64,000 bases of DNA from Camelus ferus. Taxonomy: Eukaryota. The stretch lies in assembly GCF_009834535.1 (NCBI RefSeq), contig NC_045696.1:114144001-114208000 (forward strand). Reading direction: 5' to 3'. The notes under the pieces are model-generated. The model was not told the DNA's origin. It saw nothing but the letters and a program-made list of their open reading frames with translations, and made no database searches. Of the stretch, positions 12,692 through 24,091 are shown one piece after another. Numbering within the stretch: the first letter of the stretch is position 1; each line of letters opens with the position of its first letter. The position numbers were made by a program, and so were the translations under genes.

Positions 12692-13552
12692 TGCTCAATA
12701 TCACTAATTATCAGAGAAATGCAAATCAAAACTACAATGAGGTATCCCTCACACCAGTCAGAATGGCCATCATTCAAAAATCCACAAATGACAAATGCTG
12801 GAGAGGCTGTGGAGAAAAGGGAACCCTCCTACACTGCTGGTGGGAATGCAGTTTGGTGCAGCCTCTGTGGAAAACAGTATGGAGATTCCTCAAAAGTCTA
12901 GGAATAGACTTCCCTTTAACCCAGGAATCCTGCTCCTGGGCATATATCCAGAAGGAACCCTACTTCAAAATGACACCTGCACCCCAATGTTCATAGCACC
13001 ACTATTTACAATAGCCAAGACATGGAAACAGCCTAAATGTCCATCAACAGATGACTGGATAAAGAAGAAATGGTATATTTATACAATGGAATACTACTCA
13101 GCCATAAAAACTGACAACATAACGCCATTTGCAGCAACATGGATGCTCCTGGAGAATGTCATTCTAAGTGGAGTAAGCCAGAAAGAGAAAGAAAAATACC
13201 ATATGAGATCGCTTATATGTGGAATCTGAAAAAAACAAAACACAAAAAACAAATAAAGCATAAATACAAATCAGAAATAGACTCATAGACATAGAATACA
13301 AACTTGTGGTTGCCAAGGGGGTGGGGGTGGGAAGGGACAGACTGGGATTTCAAAATGTGGAAAAAACAAGATTATACCGTATAGCACAGGGAAATATATA
13401 CAAGATCTTGTGGTAGCTCACAGCAAAAAAAAAAAAAAATGTGAGAATGAATATATGTTCATGTATAACTGAAAAATTGTGCTCTACACTGGAATTTGAC
13501 ACAACATTGTAAAATGATTATAAATCAATAAAAAATGTTAAAAAAAACAAAC
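12692..13552 (+). mobile_element. Young 5'-truncated L1 (ORF2 C-terminus and 3'UTR)
   Basis: ORF2 C-terminal peptides (TWKQPKCPSTDDWIKKKWYIYTMEYYSAIK); perfect 16-bp TSD AAACCAGGCATTTTGA at 12676 and 13553; TT/AAAAA endonuclease site. Confidence 0.96.
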
Positions 13553-13757
13553 AAACCAGGCATTTTGAGAGCCCAAAGTAAAACATTGGGGGCTTCCTCA
13601 AATTCTGAAACCATGGGATAGACTAGGAGTTGTTCTTCGAATGTGCTCCTTCTCCAGAGACACCATAGTGTATGAGAATGGGGTTTCCTGGCAATGAAAC
13701 GGGACAAAATCCTAAGAAGTAGAATTTAAAGTAAAGGAAAAAGAGAAGAGGTAGGAT

Positions 13758-14136
13758 AGTGTGAGCAGTTAGCTTTTGCTGTGTAACAAACACACACAAA
13801 ATTTCAGTGACACAGTGATTGGCCAGGGCTGGTCTGCTGAGCTCAAGTGGGCTGGTCTGGGCTTGGTCCCAGACTGCAAGCCCCATTCAGGTCTGACCCA
13901 GGGGGCTCTTAATCCTCTGGGGCCAGGGGGCTACCCAGGACTTGTTCTTTTCATGGTGACAGCAGAAGCTCAAGGGCATAGCCCAACTGCGCCAGCCTCT
14001 GCTTACATCATGTTTGTTAACATCCCGTTGGTTGCAGCAAGTCTCATGGCCCCATGCAATGGGATGGGTATATAGTTCTCCCATAAGTGGAGAGGAAGGA
14101 GTGAATATTTGCTGAAAGTGATCTAATCTACCCTCA
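13758..14136 (-). mobile_element. MaLR solo LTR, MLT1J-like
   Basis: CAGTTAGCTTTTGCTGTGTAACAAAC start; GTGAATATTTGCTGAA...AATCTACC end. Confidence 0.8.
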
Positions 14137-14256
14137 AATGATCTGCATGAAACCTTGAATGTATTGCTCTTTTATTGTATGGTAAGAGGCCGGCTTCATG
14201 CCTTAGTTGTTCAGATGAGGTCAGAGAGATAGGAAGAGACTAACTTGTAGGTCATG

Positions 14257-14268
14257 ATAATAATAGTA

Positions 14269-14326
<58 letters not shown>

Positions 14327-14332
14327 TAACAA
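14257..14332. repeat. (TAA)n microsatellite
   Basis: Directly visible. Confidence 0.97.
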
Positions 14333-14404
14333 TGATACATAGCATTTATAAAGGCAGGATGTTGTAGGGGATGCTAATAAGAAGGAAGAGCAGAAGCGGC
14401 AAAT

Positions 14405-14710
14405 GCACTAACTATGCCTTAGAGGTTCTAGACATTTTACAAAAATTAACATATTTAATCCTCACAGCAACCCTGTGAAGTAGACACTATTATTATCTCT
14501 CTCTCTGTGTATATATATATATATTTTATTGAAGTATAGTCAGTTTGCAATATTGTATCAATTTCTGGTGTACAGCACATATCTCAATTTTTAGGTGAAG
14601 AAAATGAGGCACATAGAAATTAGGTGGCTTGCCCAGGCTCGCCAACTCTGTAAGTGGGGAGCAGAAATTTAAATCCAGGTGGTCTGGCTCCAAAGTCCCT
14701 GTTCTCAACC
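14405..14710 (-). mobile_element. MIR SINE interrupted by a short L1 3' end (~14505-14579)
   Basis: TTTAATCCTCACAGCAACCCTGTGAAGTAG...GAAAATGAGGCACA...CCAGGTGGTCTGGCTCCAAAG; the insert TTTTATTGAAGTATAGTCAG is flanked by TATCTC on both sides. Confidence 0.85.
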
Positions 14711-15473
14711 GTCCCCCTCCTTCAGTTATGTTATGAGCTGCGGACATCTAATTTACATTTTGAAATGTCGTTCTAGATTCTTTTTGGTAGAAAGAGTGGA
14801 AGAAAGCAGGGAAGTGATGTTATCTGTTAGAATGGTGTTTCTCCAAGTGTGGTCCTAGATTGCTCCTCTGTTACCCGTCCATGACAAAAGTCAATACGGA
14901 ACTGGAGAGGAAGCGTTTAGAAACTCAGATCAAATTCAACATTGTTTCAAGACTCAAGTGCGTGAGCTTTTTCCTAGTAATTCATTTTGATTGTGTGTTA
15001 CAGAAGTGTTGGCTCATAATGGACTGGAAATTAAACACAAAACAGAACAAAACAAAAACTAAAACGGAAACCAACTCTCCCTTCATCGCAGGTAGCTTGA
15101 GAAACCCTGGGGAGAAGATGAGTGCCGTAACCCAGGCTTGTGTTGAGTGATTGTGCCTTCAACCAGGGTGGTGCTTGTGGAGGCAGAGAAAAGTAGATGG
15201 ATTTGGTAAAAATTTTAAGGCTGAGTCAGTTCTAATTATCAACATCTTGCAGAGATTAGGAGGGAGGGAGGAAGGTTGAGAGCACACAAGTTTAAAGGAA
15301 GCGTTTGAAGATGCTCCTCTCCCCCCATTTTAGTCAGGCCTGCTTGTTGTTTGTAGCAGCAGCTTTAGGGAAACCAATAAAAGAATACAGCTCAATTTGA
15401 AGCCCAGGAAATAGGAACTTAGAGGAAACTTTTAGTGGTTTTCAGGGTAAGTGCCCTATTTATTTACTGTTTT

Positions 15474-15587
15474 AAGGTGATCAACTTGGTTTGCCTGGGA
15501 CTTTCCCAGTGTTTTTAGCCCTGGAAGTCCCACATCCTAAAAGTCCATTTCAGTCCCAGGCAAACCAAGATGGTTGGTTAACTTCTA
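15474..15587. mobile_element. MER81/MER94-like hAT-Blackjack MITE
   Basis: Palindromic AGGTGA..GGTTTGCCTGGGACT...AGTCCCAGGCAAACC..GGTTGGT. Confidence 0.8.
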
Positions 15588-18500
15588 TTTTTTATTATAA
15601 AGTTTATTTTATATTATGCCAGTGGTATTCGTGCTTGTGCATGTATTTTTCTCTACAGTCCAGGAATAATGGCACGTAGGAGTTACCGATGCTCAGGCAG
15701 AATGGAGGCTTTGAATAGGCTTTATGGGAAGGGCTTTCAGAATGGAAAGGAATAAGAAACAGGAATAAAATGAGATGCGAATTATTCGGATAGCTTCTGG
15801 AATTTTTTTCTGCAACCTGGAATTTTTCACAAATTCTTGACTTTGCTGACTTTATTTTTCCACAGTGTAGAGGAAGCAGTGAAGGAAATGATTGTCTCCT
15901 GGTGCATAGGGAGAGCTGGTTGGGAGCATGGAAATCCTAAAAGCTTAACAAGGATGCGACAGTTTCATCTTAGAGTGCGGGCAAGGGAAGGGATAGGACA
16001 TGATGGTAGGGGCCCAGGATCTTCCCTCCTCACAAGGAAGTGGATTCCAACTTTTTAGAGAATCAATCGTGATGATTCCATAACCAGAAGAGGCAAAAGT
16101 AAATCCAGATCAAGGGAGGCAGTAGATTAAAAAAATAAGATGCATGCGTTGAAATCCAGTAACGCTTTAGAGGGGAAATGGGGCAAGCACCTGCTGATGC
16201 AGACGTGGAGCTGCACTTAAGAAGCTCGTTCTTGAGTCCTTCCTAACTGCGGCAGGAGGAGGATTAAGAGCTTCTATCCCACTCGTGGGTGGTGTCCTGT
16301 GGACGGTGCAGCTGATGAGGAATTAGCTATGTACTTTAGTCTGGGGCACCATCTGAATCATTGATTCTGCCAAACAATTCAATCTTCATGAGAAGCCACC
16401 ATCTTGGTTTTTTAATGTGGTATTTCTACTTTCTGTTGGACCATATCCTCACTCTCGCCTTAAGGGACTGTCTTCTCTTAGTTGCCTAAATCCCACATGC
16501 ATACTGGGGGGCTGCTTGAAAGAATCATGCTGAACCACGATCTCATCACCTTTTCTCAAGGGCCAGGAGGGAATCCGTGTCCTGGGACTAAGACCACACC
16601 TCTACTTAGCCTTAGAGCACCATAATTTGGGAGTTTCACTCCTTGAGACTAAGACCTTGCCTTCCTTGGTCATCCGCCGTTATCAGTGGGGGTGAGGACC
16701 ATATGCCATCTGGCTTTGAGTGTTTGCCTGCTAAACAAATCCCCCAGGCTTAGAAACTCTTGAATACTGACACCAGCTCCAATCAAAACCCTCTGGATAT
16801 TCAATATTGGATTACTAGTTACTCTCATTGAAGAGCCAGCCCTACTGCTGAACCAGGTCTCCTGCCACAAAACTGGTTTCCTCTCTTTCCCACTGTGTGT
16901 GAGTTCTCAGGATACCTCATGGCCAAGCTCACTCCAGTAATGACAGCTGGGCCTTATAAAATGCAAAGGTCAATGACCAGCTATGTTGCTACCAATCGAA
17001 GGGCATATGGTGCAGTATTGACAGAAAACAGAGAGAAAGCATGACTGCTTAATTTCATGTATACTTTCGCCTTCCCTATTAAAAAGAATAGTTGTCGATT
17101 GTAGTTAAGAGAGAATTGATACCTGGAATAGATGATGAGTAATAAGAGGGTAGCTAGGTATTTAAAAGGAAATCGTCATAGGCTCAGGTAAATTACTCCA
17201 TGATACTGACAGAATTTTCATGTGGGATTACTTAATCTTGAGGGATAATCTTTGAAGACTCTGAGAGCGAGAGGACATAGTCAATCATACCATTTTCTAA
17301 AAGGGGAAAATACAGATTAAAAAAAAAAAAACTAAAGACATGTAAACTTAAAAGTCTAACAAAAAAATCTGAGAAAACATTTTTAACCTGATGGTTCTTA
17401 GTACTTAGAAAGGCAAAGTGTTGATACAAAGGACAGTAAACAAGCAAATCACCAGAAACCAAGGACTGTCTGTCTGTCTCTCCATTTTCTCCTTTATCTG
17501 CTTCTTTTAAAGCTCTGATTCATTCATCTCTCTCTCTCTCTCCAAAGGAGAGATGCTCCTTCACCTGCTATTCCTATATGACACATTATAGCTATCACCA
17601 CACTCTTATTGGTCCAGAATGAATCTGTGCCATGGAACTAAGAGCACACCTCCCCTAAACCTTCTATCCCCATCATTTAGAATCAAGAAGAGGCTTGCTC
17701 ACTGGGACTAAGAACTTGCTTTCCCACAGCCTCTACCTCTCATCATCAAGGGTGAAATCCTCTTCCTATCACTGAACACTCACAGACTTGCTACTGGCCC
17801 CTTGAATCCACGAGGACCAATCTTACTGTGACTTTTATCCCTGCTAATGAAAGTCACTGCAGGAACCTTTAGGCATATAGGGCTGCCATCATCTTCCCCA
17901 CTCTGATGCCCCCCAAGCCCCTGAACTCCCCCTAATCCATTCTCATCCCCGACTCATCTTCATATCTTGAAACACTTCCTGGTATTCTCTGGATTTCATA
18001 GTCCACTATCAGAAAAATCCCTTGTATCTTTTACCTCTTCAGTCAATGTATTTTTCACCATTTTGCTTTAGTGGAAATGTGTCTGGCCTCTGAGGATACC
18101 ATTTCTATTGTAGCCTTCTCCAGGAGTGGCTGGTTCTCCAACTATCCTCTTACTTCAAAGCCTGGGGGTTGGGTAGAGGTCCTTTTATCTCCTCATTGCT
18201 GTTTTCAGACCATTTTCTTCCTCCCTTTTCTCTTCCACTTTGAATCTACGATCATCAAACTGTGTTATCCACTAACTCCCACTCACTGAGTTTAGATTAT
18301 GGGGTAAGTCCCCAGATTTCTTTTTGATTTTAGACTCTGACCCACCTTCTCTAACATGATTCTTATCGTATGTCTTAGTGACTTAAACATATTATATGGC
18401 ATTGGTTCTTTCAACCCCCTGACCTTTTAGTTCCTTGCCTTCATCTCTTCCAAAAATCTTGTCCCCCATTCTACCTCAGCCCCTCCTTCCCATAGTCTAT

Positions 18501-19466
18501 TGATAACTAAATCTTTCATGCTCTCTGTTTCAGGCATCTCAGTCTTACCACCATCTGAAAGATTTTTCAGTTCATTCCCTCCAAGAACCCAACTCCAAAG
18601 GGTTTTAATCTTCTACCCTAAACTTCAATTCATTGAGCATTAACTTTTTTTATCCCTGAATTCCTTGATGTCCTTTCTCTACCTTATCAAGGTAGAATTG
18701 TACATTCAATCATTGCAATCACTTCCTTGCATGTAGCCTCATCTCCTTTGCCTATATCTTGCTTCTTTATCCTCAATAGGCAAAAAATATAACACTGGTT
18801 AATTCTATCTTTTTAGTTACTCCAAACTTGTACCCATGCAGCTGAACATGGCTAGAGAAAAATTCACAACCACACTGGCTATTCTGATTATAAATTCATG
18901 ATTGGGGATCTCAAGTGCACCTTTCATGCTGCCAGGAAATCATAAATTCCTTATCCATTCATTGTCCTGCTCTCCTAGAATAATCATTCTACCTTCTCTC
19001 TCTCCTTAAAGCTTTGCCATCTCCTCCTCCATTTTTGATCTAAGCTGATGTTGTTGCTTTTGACTTTGTAGAAGAAATGAAGACAATCAGAAGAGAGCTG
19101 CCATAGAGCCCACCACCATATCCACCCACCACAACCACCTGAACTCATTTATCTACTTTCCCTTTGCCTGGGTGCCCCATTACATATCCTCTTGCTCTAG
19201 CGTCACTTCAGAAATTCCCCTTTCTCCTGCCTACATCATCAATATTTTCCCTCTCTACGGGATCACTTCCATTTGTTATTTCTCAGTTATAAAAACCCTC
19301 CTCTTAATGACATATCCATCAATACTTTATGCCCCATTTCTTTGTTCCTCTTTGGAGCAAAGTTCCTCTAATACTGTTTGAACTTGCTGTCTCCAATTCT
19401 TTTACTTACATTCCCTTGAACCACCCCAGTCAAGTTTTCAGCTTCAGGGCATCACTGAAACCACTC

Positions 19467-19932
19467 TTTTTTCATTTTTACTTATTTATTTTTATTGAGG
19501 TATACTTCACTTACAATACTGTATTAGTTTCAGATGTACAACAGAGTAATTTGATTTTTTATAGATTATATTCCATACAAAGTTATTATAAATTATTGGC
19601 TATATTCCCTGTACTGTACATTACAACATTGTAACTTATTTATTTTATGTGTGGTAGTTTGTACCTCTTAATCCACTAATCTATTTTGTCCCACCTTCCA
19701 CCTCTCTCCCCTCTGGTAACCACTAGTTTGTTCTCTGTGTCTGTGAGTATGTTTCTGTTTTGTTGTATTTGCTCATTTGTTTTATTTTTTAAATTCCACA
19801 GAAAAGTGAAAATACATAGTATTTGTCCTTCTCTTCTGATTTATTTCACTAAGTATAATGTCCTCCAGATCCATCCATGTTGTCACAAATGGCAAAATTT
19901 CATTCTTTTTTATGGCTAATATTCCATTGTAC

Positions 19933-20025
<93 letters not shown>

Positions 20026-21310
20026 AATACCAACCTTCTTTATCCATTCATCTATTTATGGACACTTAGGCTGCTTCTATATCTTGGCTATTGTAAATAA
20101 CACTGCTATGAACATTGGAGTGCATGTATCTTTTTGAGTCAGTGTTTTTGTTTTCTTCAGATAATACCCAAGGGTAGAATTGTTGGATCATAATGGCAGT
20201 TCTATTTTTAATGTTTTGAGGAACTTCTGTACTATTTTCCACAGTGGTTGCACCAATTTACATTCCCACCAACAGTACATGATGGTTCCCTTTTCTCCAC
20301 ATCCTCGCCAACACTTATTTCTTGTCTGCCATTCCGACAGGTGTGGGTGATATCTCATTGTGATTTTGGTTTGCTTTTCCCTGATGATTAGTGACATTGC
20401 TTGTCTTTTCGCAGACCTGTCAGACATTTGTATGTCTTCTTTGGGAAAATATCTATTCAGATCCTCTGCCCGTTTTTAATCAAGTTGTTTGTTTTTTGAA
20501 TATTGAGTTGTATAAGTGCTTAATATTTATTGAGTATAACCCCTTATTGGACATATAGCTTTCAAATATCTTCTCCCATTCAGAAGGCTGCCTTTTCATT
20601 TTGTTGAATTCACTGTGCAAAAGTTTTTAGTTTGATGTAGTCCCATTTGTTTATTTTTGCTTTTATTTTCCTTGCCTGAGGAGACAGATCCAAAATAATA
20701 TTGCTAAGACCAAAGTCAAATAACTATGTTTTCTTCTAGGAGTTTTATGGTTTCTGGTCTTACATTTAGGTCTTTAGTTCATTTTGAGTTTAGTTTTGTA
20801 TCTGGTGTGAGAAATTGTTCTAGTTTCATTCTTTTATATGTAGCTGTCCACTTTCCCCAAAACCACTTATTGAAGAGATTGTTTTCCCCATTGAATATTC
20901 TTGTCTCCTCTGTCGTAGCTTAATTACCATATGTGTGTGTGTTTATTTTTGAGCTCTCTATTCTGAGCCACTGATCTATGTGTCTGTTTTTGTGCCAGTA
21001 ACATACTGTTTTGATTATTACAGCTTTGTTGTATAGTCTGAGGTTAAGAAGTGTCATACCTCCAGCTTTGTTCTTTTTCCTCAAGGTCACTTTGACTATT
21101 CAGAGTCTTTTGCAGTTCTATACAAATTTTAGAATTATTCATCTAGTTCTGTGAGAAATGTCTTGGGCATTTTGATAGAGATTGAACTAAACCTGTAGAT
21201 TGCTTTGGGTAGTATGGACAATATTAATTCTTCCAATCCATGAACCCACTTCTATTTATTTAATTGTTGTCAATTTTCCTCATCAATGTCAGTTTTCAGA
21301 GTATGTACTT
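19467..21310 (-). mobile_element. 5'-truncated L1 (~1.8 kb) inserted in L2
   Basis: poly-T, L1 3'UTR and ORF2 C-terminal peptides on the minus strand ([28 protein letters not shown]). Confidence 0.93.
19933..20023. repeat. (TA)n microsatellite within L1
   Basis: Directly visible. Confidence 0.97.
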
Positions 21311-22629
21311 TCCTCCTTTTTTAGCTCCATGTGTCTTGTGTCTTTAAAAACTATCTATATGCCAACAACTTTCAGTGTATCCCTAGCCTGGATCTCTCTC
21401 CCAAACTGAAGACTTGTACTTCCAACCTGTCCAAAACTGAACTTCTGATTTTCTATCCCCAATCTATCTTTCTCCTCCACCTCCTGCTTTCCTTGTCATA
21501 GTGATGACAGCAACTTTAACTGTCTGGTGTTTCAGGCCAAAAAACTTGGCAGGACTCCTCTCTGTTTTTTTTCATAACCACATGCAGTCCATCAGGAAAT
21601 ACTGTTGACCTTCAAAATAAAAGTAGAGTCGGACCCTTTCTCACCACTACCATTCCTCACTGCTACTATTTCTGGTCTAAGTTACCATTTTTTGCTTAGA
21701 TTACCAAATAACATCCTAACAGATTTTATTTTTCTACTTTAGACACAGCAGCCAAAGTTATTCTCTTGAAATATGAATCAGATCATGTCACTCTTTTGTT
21801 CAAAACTATGCAAGTGTTTTCCCTTTCATTCAAAATATGAAGTCCTTATGTTGACCCATGTTTCATCTCTGATCTTATCTCCTAGTGTTTCCCCCAAATC
21901 ATTCACTCTGCTGCAGCCACATTGATTTTCTTGTTCTTTAAACATGCCATTTGCCATTTGTTTTAGTGTTTTTGCACTGGTTGTTTGTTCTGCAAAAATG
22001 CTCCTTTCCTACAAATCTGCATGGCTCATTCCCTCACTTCCTCCAAGTCTCTGCTCAAATGTCACCTGCTTAATGAATAGTTATTCAATCTAGTTAAAAT
22101 TTTGCTCCTCACTTTAATTCCTTTATCCTATTCTACTGTTTTCTTTTTCATATGATTTATCACTTTCTATTATAATGTAAAATATATGTAAGTATTATAT
22201 TTAATATAATATAAATTATGCAAGAACAGAAATTTTTGTCTACTTTGATCACTGATATATTGCAAAGATCTAGGACAATGGTTGGTGCATGATAGATGCT
22301 TGGTTAATATTTATTAAATAAATGAATAAGTCCTGAATTCTAGATGCGTTCCTACTCTGTTAGGTGTCCCTCCTTACTCTAATCAGCTGGGCTCAGGAGA
22401 ATGAAGTCACACATACATAAATAGGATGACCCCCTCCAGAGATAGAGAAAATTAGTTTCTATATGAAAGAACTTTTCTCTGAGAAATTGGAATGAATGGG
22501 ATAGAAAGGACAATGAACATGCCTGTAAAGGTGGGGTCATACAAGTGTTGAATAATCAATAGGCTGTGGAGCTTAGAGTAAGTCTTAGAAGTTGAACTGG
22601 ATAAGTTTGATGATTTCTTTCAAATTGAA

Positions 22630-23225
22630 CAACTCAAGATACTCGTCTCACAGGTGTTAATGCCTGGATGAAATTTCTAATGGTGTTCAGCAAAATTCTC
22701 TTGTTGCTTCTTATCAGCTTAATAGTTTTATTCTCAACTTTGGAGACTTACAAGTTAATAAAGTTGTCAGAAGATGTGTGGAGAGATAGGTAGTATAAAA
22801 GAGTGCAGATTTAGGGATTCAAGAGCACCTCAGTGGACTCCAATAATGGACCAAAACAAGTCAGATAAAACTTAACAAGGATCTATTTAAAGTCTAGCAT
22901 TTTGGGGTAAGAAAATCAATCGTACAAGTGCAGAATGAGGGTAATCAGGCTTGACAACAAATTATGTGAAAAAGACTTGAGGGTTTTAGCTGACTATAAG
23001 ATCAATATGAGCCAGCAGTGTGATGTCCCTTGTGAAAACAAAACTAAAAAATATCAAGTGCAATCTTGGGCCATGTTTGTATAAATATAGTCCAGATATA
23101 CAGTAAGAAACATAGTAGTCATAGGTTACTTTGCACCATGAGGAAGATAGGTGAAGTGTTTTGGTTTTGTCTTAAGTATTTTATTTAGTTGATGTTGTCA
23201 CATTTTAAGAGGAGCACTGACAAAC
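22630..23225 (+). mobile_element. L3/CR1 LINE RT fragment
   Basis: GAAAAAGACTTGAGGGTTTTAGCTGACTATAAGATCAATATGAGCCAGCAGTGTGATG and CACATTTTAAGAGG are characteristic of L3. Confidence 0.85.
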
Positions 23226-23524
23226 ATTTATTATGCTGGTATCCCCAACCCTGTCCTGGGTGCTAGGGATGTATTAGTGAACAAGCACACCAAAATCCAT
23301 GCCATCTGGAATTGTCAAAGGAAGTGGGGATAACTTACTTTAAAAAATATTGCACATATACTTGTGTATATATATTAATTTATTCTGTCATAAAATATTT
23401 TATGACATTGGGTTATCATACAAATTTTGAGAAGTACAGGAAGTTGAAAAGAAGTACAAATAGGTTGCTCATAATTCCCCTGTTCATGAGTAACTGTATT
23501 CTTTTCACACTGCTTTTACTCTAT

Positions 23525-23715
23525 GCAGTTCTTCAGGAACCTGGAAAAGGTGTGGAGGTGTGCAGGAGCGGTCTGTGTGGGCCAGATGTGAAGTGAGGTG
23601 TATCACTTTCCTCCACAGTTGACTGGTCAGAACTCAGTCACCTGGCGCACAGTATCATAAAGGATGCTGGGAAATGTAGTCTAGATTTGTCCCAGAAGGG
23701 AAAAAAAAGGTTTTT
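23525..23715 (-). mobile_element. MaLR (MLT1J-like) LTR fragment
   Basis: TGGTCAGAACTCAGTCACCTGG...GCTGGGAAATGTAGTCTAG. Confidence 0.7.
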
Positions 23716-23949
23716 TCTTAATGTAATCTTGACCCTTTTTTGAGTCATTGACACTCTAGTTGGCTTTGTTTTGATCATAATTGAGTGTATCTGATATTAG
23801 AAACATCATTCTTTATTTCAAACTTTTTTAATCTGAACTAGTAAACTTACATGTCTCTTTTTAAAAAATATTTTTTGTTTTCATCATTTTTTTAGTTTGC
23901 ATGCTTACTTTTTAAATTAGTTTTTAATAGATTTATTTACTTTACTTTT

Positions 23950-24091
23950 GTTTTATTTATTTTTTTGAATGGGGGAGGTAATTAGGCTTACTTATTGATA
24001 TAGTTATTTTTTTTAATGGAGGTACTGGGGATTGAACTCAGGACCTTGTACATGCTAAGCAAACACTCTACCACTGAGCTATACCCTTCCC
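23950..24091 (-). mobile_element. Camelid tRNA-derived SINE (Vic-1 type)
   Basis: Reverse complement GGGAAGGGTATAGCTCAGTGGTAGAG...GAGTTCAATCCCCAGTACCTCC with A/B boxes, TAATTACCTCCCCC tail and poly-A. Confidence 0.9.

Larger units (their letters stand above)
17600..22330 (+). mobile_element. Long L2 LINE (EN start, partial RT, 3' end) interrupted by an L1
   Basis: ~17970-18110 resembles the L2 EN start (LALTETWL-like); ~19420-19466 resembles the QSGF..STETAL region; TATGCCAACAAC at 21358 is a decayed YADD; L2a-type 3' end ...TATTTATTAAATAAATGAATAA; 5' boundary uncertain. Confidence 0.85.
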
